From the NCBI GenBank assembly GCA_938014215.1, contig CALLRW010000002.1, positions 8,904 to 72,903 of the forward strand: DNA of 64,000 bases. Direction: 5' to 3'. Of this stretch, positions 58,094-64,000 are shown one piece after another. The translations under genes and the position numbers were made by a program. The notes under the pieces were generated by a model that was given only the letters and a program-made list of their open reading frames with translations, searched no databases and had not been told where the DNA came from. How positions within the stretch are numbered: position 1 is the stretch's first letter; the number at the start of each line of letters is the position of its first letter. This stretch comes from an uncultured Alistipes sp. (GTDB lineage: Bacteria > Bacteroidota > Bacteroidia > Bacteroidales > Rikenellaceae).

Positions 58094-58120
58094 TATATCT
58101 AAGATCCGACAATGTGCGGA

Positions 58121-58804
58121 TCAGTTCTGTACTCGGAAGTCTACCGGCAGCGTGTACTTCACACGTACCACCTGGTTACGCTGCTTGCCCGGGCTCCACT
58201 TCGGAGACTTGCTCAGCACGCGGATGGCCTCCTCCGACAGCGAACGGTCGGGGGTCTGAAGCACCTGAATGTTGGTCAGACGACCGTCCTTCTCGATCAC
58301 GAACGACAGAACCACGCGGCCCTGGATACCGTTCTCAAGAGCGATCTGCGGGAACTTGACGTTCTGCTGAACCCAGTTACGGAACGTATTCAGGTCTCCG
58401 CCCTGGAACGAAGGCATCGTCTCGGCGATCAGGAACGGCTGGTCATCCTCGACAACCTCCTCCTCAACGGGAACGGTCTGGACAACCTCGACATCCTCGT
58501 CGAACTCCGTAAAGTCAACTTCGGTGGTGATCTTGGTGTCGTTGGTCACGACCTGAAGCAGGTCGGCAATCACCTTCACCTCCACCTTTCTGGGAGCCTC
58601 GGGGGGTTTCTGATCCTGACGGGTGATCTCAACAATCTGCTCCTCGATGGGTGCTACCTGCAGGTCGATCTTCTCGACGCGCTTCTCCTTCGGAGTATAG
58701 GAGAAGGCGACAATCACGAGCAAGAGCGAAATAACAAGGCCGACTTCCAGCAAGAGGCCCCGCTTGTTCTTAAGATCTGCTTTGGGTGATTTCTTGATTT
58801 CCAT
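58121..58804 (-). CDS. tonB: TonB energy-transducer
   Basis: N-terminal TM anchor; Pro/Glu/Lys-rich spacer; C-terminal TonB domain (FPQIALENGIQGRVVLSFVIEKDGRLTNIQV). Confidence 0.75.
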   Translation of the reverse strand: MEIKKSPKADLKNKRGLLLEVGLVISLLLVIVAFSYTPKEKRVEKIDLQVAPIEEQIVEITRQDQKPPEAPRKVEVKVIADLLQVVTNDTKITTEVDFTEFDEDVEVVQTVPVEEEVVEDDQPFLIAETMPSFQGGDLNTFRNWVQQNVKFPQIALENGIQGRVVLSFVIEKDGRLTNIQVLQTPDRSLSEEAIRVLSKSPKWSPGKQRNQVVRVKYTLPVDFRVQN

Positions 58805-59022
58805 ATTTCAAGTTTTAATTGTTCCTTCGTTCGTTTCAAGTTTTCCGCACGGCTCCGACCGGAGATTCTGTCTCACACTCATTATTCATTCATCCCCAAA
58901 TCGTCTGCGTCCCGGATTTTCATCCCCGCCTTGTCCAAGCCTCAGCCAGACCTCTCTCCGGCCTTTTTCCAGCCCATTTTCAGACCTTGACCAGATCTCT
59001 GTCCGATCCCCGTCAGATCTCT

Positions 59023-59056
59023 GCCCGGCTCTCTCGCTCGGCCCCCGGGGTGCGGC
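59023..59056 (+). repeat. right copy of the imperfect direct repeat flanking tonB (…GCCCGGCTCTCTCGCTCGGCCCCCGGGGTGCGG…)
   Basis: See 57998-58029; this copy lies in the tonB/rlmN divergent promoter region, which also carries three CAGAyCTCTsyCCG direct repeats (58927, 58991, 59012). Confidence 0.5.
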
Positions 59057-59172
59057 GGACGCGCTATGCAGCACACAAATATAGAGATAAAAATCCAAAA
59101 ATGAACGTTCAAAGGGAAAAATCTTTATTTTTTGCCTACTTTTGCTCCCGAAATCAAACGATACACGCAAAA

Positions 59173-60204
59173 ATGACCGCCCAGGAGCCTCTTTACGGAA
59201 AAAATCTCGGGGAACTCACCGCCGTCTGCAACGAACTGGGACTGCCCCGTTTTGCCGCCCGGCAGATCGCCCGCTGGCTCTATGTCCGCCACACGGAGGA
59301 TCCCCTGTGCATGACCGATATCTCCGCCGCCAACCGACAGCGGCTCGCCGACCGTTTCGCGCAGGTTCTCGCCGCCCCCGAACACGAAACCCGCTCGGCG
59401 GACGGAACCAAAAAGTACCTCTTCCGAACTCTCCAGGGGTTCTTCATCGAGTCGGCCTATATTCCTGACGGCGAACGCGCCACGCTCTGCGTATCGTCAC
59501 AGGCCGGATGCCGAATGGGGTGCCGCTTCTGCGCCACCGGGCGTCAGGGCCTCCAGCAGTCGCTCTCCACGGCCGAAATCCTGAACCAGATCGTCTCGCT
59601 GCCCGAACGCGACCGCCTCACGAATCTCGTCTTCATGGGGATGGGCGAACCCCTCGACAATGCCGACAACGTCCTGCGGGCCCTCGAAATCCTCACCGCC
59701 GACTGGGGTTTCGCCTGGTCGCCGACCCGCATCACCCTCTCGACCTCAGGCGTCGTGCCGCAGCTGCGGAGGTTCCTCGATACGACGAAGGTCCATCTGG
59801 CCGTCAGCCTCCACAACCCCTTCCACGACGAACGCGCCGAAATCATGCCCGTCGAAAAGGCCTGGCCCATCGCCGAGGTCGTCGAGATCCTCCGCCAATA
59901 CGACTTCTCCCACCAGCGCCGCGTCTCGTTCGAGTACATCGTCATGAGCGGGCTGAACGACTCCCCGCGCCACATCCGCGAGCTGTCGCGCCTGCTGAAC
60001 GGCATCAAGTGCCGGATCAATCTGATCCGGTTCCACAAGATCCCCGATTCGCCCTACTTCTCGCCCGACGCCGAGGCGATGATCCGCTTCCGCGACGCCC
60101 TCACCGCCCGCGGCATTCAGACCACGATCCGGGCATCCCGCGGCGAGGATATTCAGGCCGCCTGCGGACTGTTGAGCACCTCGCGGCTGAAAGCCGGATT
60201 ATAA
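59173..60204 (+). CDS. rlmN: 23S rRNA/tRNA (adenine-C2)-methyltransferase, radical SAM
   Basis: Radical-SAM CxxxCxxC: SSQAGCRMGCRFCATG; RlmN-typical C-terminal GIQTTIRASRGEDIQAACGLL. Confidence 0.9.
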   Translation: MTAQEPLYGKNLGELTAVCNELGLPRFAARQIARWLYVRHTEDPLCMTDISAANRQRLADRFAQVLAAPEHETRSADGTKKYLFRTLQGFFIESAYIPDGERATLCVSSQAGCRMGCRFCATGRQGLQQSLSTAEILNQIVSLPERDRLTNLVFMGMGEPLDNADNVLRALEILTADWGFAWSPTRITLSTSGVVPQLRRFLDTTKVHLAVSLHNPFHDERAEIMPVEKAWPIAEVVEILRQYDFSHQRRVSFEYIVMSGLNDSPRHIRELSRLLNGIKCRINLIRFHKIPDSPYFSPDAEAMIRFRDALTARGIQTTIRASRGEDIQAACGLLSTSRLKAGL

Positions 60205-60370
60205 AAGGAGGGGCGGCAAGGCTTTCCCCGTTCCGAGAACCCGAAAAGAAGAGGTTCGCCCGCTGGGGGGGGGAGTGAATGTCTCCCGGCGCAGACAGCG
60301 GGGAAGATTTACAAGGTATCGGAGGTGAAGGATTGCCGGCAAAAGAGGAAGGGGAGTCGGCCAACGGAGG

Positions 60371-60540
60371 GGTGCCGACAAGAGGGAGAAGAATTCCACC
60401 AAAGGAAAGGCGCTGACAAAAGAGAGAAGGAGACCACCAAAGGAAAAGCGTTGACAAAAGAGAGAAGGAGATCACCAAAGGAAAGGCCGACAGGAGGGAG
60501 GAGAAACCCGCCAAAGAAAGAGGTGCCGACAAAAGAAACG
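60371..60540. repeat. purine-rich non-coding tandem repeat, about 4.5 degenerate copies of a 37-38-nt unit (…GCCGACAAAAGAGAGAAGGAGAYCACCAAAGGAAAG…)
   Basis: Units begin at about 60371, 60397, 60434, 60472 and 60507; the period is not a multiple of 3; lies between rlmN and the thioredoxin-like gene. Confidence 0.6.
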
Positions 60541-60580
60541 CAGGGCCCGGTTTTTGCTTCGGGCACAAAAAACTGCTCAC

Positions 60581-61063
60581 ATGAAAAGAGATCCGTTTTG
60601 GAAAAACGCGGGAAGGCGGCTGCTGCCGCTTTTGTGGCTGCTGATCGGAATAACACCACTGGGCGCCCAGGTCCGGTTCGAGACCGGATCAACCGACTCC
60701 CTCCACCAAAAAGCGCTCCAGACGGGGAAACCCGTCCTGATCGACCTCTATGCCGACTGGTGTCAGCCCTGCCGGATGATGGAACGCAAGGTATTTTCGA
60801 ACCGCGAGGTCGGGGAGTTCATCAACGACCGTTTCGTTGCCGCCCGCTACAACGTCGACCGGGCGACGGGCCGCAAACTGATGGACCGCTACGGCAGCGG
60901 ATCGATCCCCCTCCTGCTGATCTTCTCGCCGCAGGGCGAGCTGCTCGGACGCATCACCGGCGCCTCCTCGGCCGAAGCCCTTCTGAGAAATCTCCGAACC
61001 ATTCTCGACCGGCAGCCAAACCGGACAACGGATCGACTGTCCGGCGGACAAAAAGCGAAATGA
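60581..61063 (+). CDS. exported thioredoxin-fold protein (CxxC, thiol:disulfide oxidoreductase-like)
   Basis: Signal peptide; WCQPC active-site motif. Confidence 0.65.
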   Translation: MKRDPFWKNAGRRLLPLLWLLIGITPLGAQVRFETGSTDSLHQKALQTGKPVLIDLYADWCQPCRMMERKVFSNREVGEFINDRFVAARYNVDRATGRKLMDRYGSGSIPLLLIFSPQGELLGRITGASSAEALLRNLRTILDRQPNRTTDRLSGGQKAK

Positions 61064-61109
61064 AAGCGTTGAACGGCTGCTCCGTGTGGCGGAGTGCCGG
61101 CACGGCGCA

Positions 61110-61739
61110 TCAGCGCGGCGTATAGACCACCTTTTTGGTCTCGAAGAAGGGGTCGTCGAAGAAGTCCGAGATCTCGTAGATCGTCCACCGCTTGCCCGTG
61201 CGGGCCAGCTCCTCGGCCAGATCACCCCCCTTCAGGTAGAGAATGCCGTTGGGCAGCGTCCCCCGCTCGCCCCGCTCGATCTTCGACCAGATCCAGCCGA
61301 CAAACTCCGGCATCGCCGTTACGGCCCGCGAAACCACATAGTCGAAACGTTCGGTCAGGGTCTCGACACGCACGCAGCGCGGCGTCAGATTCTCCAACCC
61401 GAGGCTCCGCGAAACCCCTTCGACCACCGTGATCTTCTTGCGAATCGAATCCGCCGCCGTGAAGTGTACCCCCGGAAAGAGAATCGCCAGCGGCACCGAC
61501 GGAAAACCGCCGCCGCAACCCACGTCGAGAATCCGCGCCCCGTCGGCAAACCGGCACACCTTGGCTATGGCCAGCGAATGCAGCACGTGGCGCACGTAGA
61601 GCTGGTCGAAATCCTTGCGCGAGACGACGTTGATCTTTGCGTTCCAGTCGGCGTAGAGGTCGTACAGCGCCGCCAGCCGATCGCGCTGGACGGCGTCGAG
61701 TTCGGGGAAGTATCCGTAGATCTTTTCCAGGTCTGTCAT
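61110..61739 (-). CDS. rsmG: 16S rRNA (guanine527-N7)-methyltransferase
   Basis: SAM motif ILDVGCGGGFPSVPLAI; GidB-family blocks; start ATG at 61739 (MTDLEKIYG). Confidence 0.85.
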   Translation of the reverse strand: MTDLEKIYGYFPELDAVQRDRLAALYDLYADWNAKINVVSRKDFDQLYVRHVLHSLAIAKVCRFADGARILDVGCGGGFPSVPLAILFPGVHFTAADSIRKKITVVEGVSRSLGLENLTPRCVRVETLTERFDYVVSRAVTAMPEFVGWIWSKIERGERGTLPNGILYLKGGDLAEELARTGKRWTIYEISDFFDDPFFETKKVVYTPR

Positions 61740-61822
61740 CGTTTTTTTAGTTTTTCCCGGCCAGAGACCGGCTTCGTTAAGATTGGGGGTTGAGAGGCAG
61801 CTACGGTGCCTCGCGACAATGC

Positions 61823-62386
61823 TCAGCGGTTCTCCCCCTCGGCAATCAGGCGGCACATCTGCTCGCGAGCCCGGTGGATCTGCGTCTTCACCGTCCCGAG
61901 CGGAAGCGACAGCTTCGCCGCAATCTCCTCGTAGGAGTATTCGTCGAAAAAGCGCATCACGATCAGCTGCCGGTAACGCGGCGAAAGCTGCTCGAGATAG
62001 TGTTCGATCTGCGTCCGCTGCTGGAGGTTGATCACGCTCTCCTCCGGGGTCGGCGCACTCGACGCCGGCGCCGCAAAGCGATCGTCGATCGGAAGATCCT
62101 CCTGACGCCGGCGGACAAAGTCGATGAACGTATTGCGCGCAATCGTATAGACCCACTGTCCGAAGGTATAGCTGCGGTTGTAGCGGTGGAGGTTGATATA
62201 GACCTTGATGAAGGTCTCCTGCAGCAGGTCGTCGGCATCGTTCGTCCCCCCGAGACGCTGCACGAAGAGGCGGTGGATCGCATCCCGGTAGCGGTTGAAG
62301 AGGTACTCGAAGGCCGTATCGTCCCCCTTCAGGACCCGGTCAACCAGTTCGCGGTCATCGGCTACGATATAGTCGGCTATCTCCAT
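61823..62386 (-). CDS. ECF-family RNA polymerase sigma-70 factor (orphan; no adjacent anti-sigma gene)
   Basis: Region 2 (DDLLQETFIKVY) and region 4 HTH (EEIAAKLSLPLGTVKTQIHRAR); start at 62386 overlaps the upstream GT2 gene end by 10 nt. Confidence 0.85.
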   Translation of the reverse strand: MEIADYIVADDRELVDRVLKGDDTAFEYLFNRYRDAIHRLFVQRLGGTNDADDLLQETFIKVYINLHRYNRSYTFGQWVYTIARNTFIDFVRRRQEDLPIDDRFAAPASSAPTPEESVINLQQRTQIEHYLEQLSPRYRQLIVMRFFDEYSYEEIAAKLSLPLGTVKTQIHRAREQMCRLIAEGENR

Positions 62387-63531
62387 ACGCGTTCGTCGCG
62401 GCGCAGCAGCAGCACGCCCAGCGCCGCAGCCCACAGCGGACTCAGCAGGTCATACAGAAAGTAACGTCCGAGGATGCCCCCCTCGCCTACGCGGAGCGCC
62501 AGCCGCCGCACCTCGGCAACAACCACCCCATAGCGGATCAGCACCAGCACGGCGACACCCAGCTTGTACTCCAGCGGCAGGAAGAGCAGCGCACAGAGCG
62601 CCGTGAGGAAGAAGAGGCTCCGCGAACCCAGCTCCCAGCGGACGAAGCTCTTCACGTCGCGCGGGTAGAAGCGGAAGGCCGAACCGTAGTAGCGCAGCTG
62701 CTTCATCCACCAGCTCATGCCGCCCCAGGTCTTCTCGCGCAGCGTGGCCCGCGGCGAAAGAATCACGCTCACGTTCTCGCGCGTCATGATCCGCTGCATG
62801 AAGAGGTCGTCCTCGCCGATGTTCATGCTCAGGTGGTCGAAGCCGTTGACCCCGAAGTAGAGGCTCTTCGTGAAGCCCAGGTTGTGGAGCGTGCCCCGGT
62901 AGGGCCGGCGTCGCACGGCCCGCGCAATCCAGTCCGCCGAGTGCATCAGCCGCCACGTCCGCATCAGGTAGTTCGTAAAGCCCCGCCGGCGCTCGATGCC
63001 GCAGTAGCCCACGACGATATCCCCTCGCATGAAGCCCTTGGCCATCAGCGACAGCCACCGGTCGGTCTGCGGCACGGCATCCGTCGAGGTGAAGATCAGG
63101 TGTTCGTAGTGCGCCGACTTGATGCCGACGTTGAGCGCCATCTTGCGCGAAATCGGAAAGCGCGGATCAAGGTGGATCTTCGTCGTCGTGATCTGCGGAA
63201 ACGACTGCTTGAGCTGCGTCAGGTCGGCGTAGAAGTCCGTATCGTGCCCCACGTAGACGATCACCACCTCGAAATCGGGGTAGGCCTGCGCCAGAATCAG
63301 CGGCAGCCGCTCCTCGACAAACGTGTAGTCCTCGGCAAAGAGCGGAACAATCACCGAAACCGGCGGCTCGCGTTCGAGAATCACCTTGCGCAGGTTGTTC
63401 TTGTAGCCCGAGATCCGCCCGTAGACGAAGATATAGTAGTAGAGCTGTACGCCGAACATCAGTACGATGGCGCCCGCGAGAGCGACGCCCTCCCAGCCGT
63501 ACGAGACCAGAATTTGTTCGAAGAAACGCAT
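62377..63531 (-). CDS. family-2 glycosyltransferase (membrane-associated)
   Basis: GT-A N-terminal block VSVIVPLF...; DxD-like FTSTDAVP; C-terminal TM segments. Confidence 0.7.
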   Translation of the reverse strand: MRFFEQILVSYGWEGVALAGAIVLMFGVQLYYYIFVYGRISGYKNNLRKVILEREPPVSVIVPLFAEDYTFVEERLPLILAQAYPDFEVVIVYVGHDTDFYADLTQLKQSFPQITTTKIHLDPRFPISRKMALNVGIKSAHYEHLIFTSTDAVPQTDRWLSLMAKGFMRGDIVVGYCGIERRRGFTNYLMRTWRLMHSADWIARAVRRRPYRGTLHNLGFTKSLYFGVNGFDHLSMNIGEDDLFMQRIMTRENVSVILSPRATLREKTWGGMSWWMKQLRYYGSAFRFYPRDVKSFVRWELGSRSLFFLTALCALLFLPLEYKLGVAVLVLIRYGVVVAEVRRLALRVGEGGILGRYFLYDLLSPLWAAALGVLLLRRDERVWR

Positions 63532-63590
63532 ATTGACAAAATATGCGCAAAGATACGAATATTTTGTGTATTTTTGCCGAATAGATGCCT

Positions 63591-64000
63591 ATGAAATTTA
63601 CGCTGCAAAAGAAAGACTCCGCCTCGAAGGCCCGGGCCGGTGAACTCGTCACCGACCACGGCACGATCCGTACCCCGATCTTCATGCCCGTCGGTACAGC
63701 CGCTACCGTCAAGGGTATCTTCCACCGCGACGTGCGAAACGAGGCCCATGCCCAGATCATCCTGGCAAATACCTACCACCTCTACCTGCGTCCGGGTATG
63801 GAGATCCTCGAACGGGCCGGCGGCGTACACCGCTTCTCGACCTGGGACGGCCCGATGCTCACCGACAGCGGCGGATTCCAGGTCTTCTCGCTCGCCGACT
63901 GCCGCAAACTCCGCGAGGAGGGGTGTCACTTCCGGTCGCACATCGACGGATCGAAGCACCTCTTCACCCCGGAAAGCGTTATCGACACCGAACGCACGAT
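63591..64000 (+). CDS. tgt: queuine tRNA-ribosyltransferase, N-terminal ~136 aa (3' end outside the window)
   Basis: TGT signature TPIFMPVGTAATVKG, LANTYHL, LTDSGGFQVFSL. Confidence 0.85.
   Translation, partial: MKFTLQKKDSASKARAGELVTDHGTIRTPIFMPVGTAATVKGIFHRDVRNEAHAQIILANTYHLYLRPGMEILERAGGVHRFSTWDGPMLTDSGGFQVFSLADCRKLREEGCHFRSHIDGSKHLFTPESVIDTERT

Noticed and set aside
60325-61125. 266-aa ORF spanning the purine-rich repeats and running into the thioredoxin-like gene
   Set aside because: The repeat period (37-38 nt) is not a multiple of 3. The frame differs from that of the well-supported downstream gene (start 60581, with a signal peptide). The translation is a K/E/R/G low-complexity string.
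1-64000. Search for a mobile element, prophage, integrase/transposase, toxin-antitoxin or restriction-modification/defence island
   Set aside because: No ORF shows integrase (R…HxxR…Y), DDE transposase, relaxase, phage structural or TA-like signatures. The only accessory-looking block is the lipoprotein/M6 protease locus. It lacks mobility genes and terminal repeats, and the adjacent tRNA-Thr is intact with no duplicated 3' fragment nearby.

Overview
This 64-kb window is a high-GC (roughly 60-63% by eye) chromosomal segment from a Bacteroidota bacterium, probably Bacteroidales (Alistipes/Rikenellaceae-like is a guess). The taxonomic call rests on Bacteroidetes-type promoter motifs (-33 TTTG / -7 TAnnTTTG) 20-36 nt upstream of several start codons, the absence of Shine-Dalgarno sequences, lipoproteins with fimbrillin-like and FISUMP domains, and Bacteroidales-typical DUF proteins. 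I call about 47 protein genes and one tRNA-Thr(CGU, 26795-26866). I found no rRNA, no CRISPR array, and no transposase or integrase. Most genes are housekeeping: recG (5'-truncated by the window edge), ROK kinase, polyprenyl synthase, U32 peptidase, an EF-G paralog, a PiT phosphate transporter, rpmH (too short for the ORF track, found by hand at 22001-22162), murA, tdk, cstA, lnt, folC, cmk, ispH, S41 protease, hemD-rnpA-yidD, a CDF transporter, upp, hflX, tonB, rlmN, rsmG, an ECF sigma factor, and tgt (3'-truncated). The part that does not look like housekeeping is a surface-protein locus at 27.2-38.3 kb. It is a tightly packed minus-strand operon of five divergent paralogous lipoproteins, each with a fimbrillin-like N-terminal domain and, in four of them, 'Fibrobacter succinogenes major paralogous' (FISUMP) C-terminal domains; one carries an in-frame TAG. 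The operon reads out of a ~220-bp AT-rich promoter hub that also drives a large secreted M6 (InhA-like) metalloprotease with Ig-like domains and a small lipoprotein. Secondary points of interest: an 18-bp perfect palindrome overlapping a Bacteroidetes-type promoter ahead of a small hydrophobic ORF, a hairpin, and an MFS-LdcA-PepP-GDSL operon; arrays of short direct repeats upstream of the phosphate transporter; ~35-nt imperfect direct repeats flanking tonB; 28-29-bp and 37-38-bp non-coding tandem repeats; a perfect 69-bp in-frame duplication inside a DUF4271 gene; and a 530-bp gene-free convergent spacer. Many long ORFs in the six-frame track lie antisense to well-supported genes and are high-GC artefacts. 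All coordinates and motifs were read directly from the sequence; family assignments rest on recognised sequence motifs, not on database searches.
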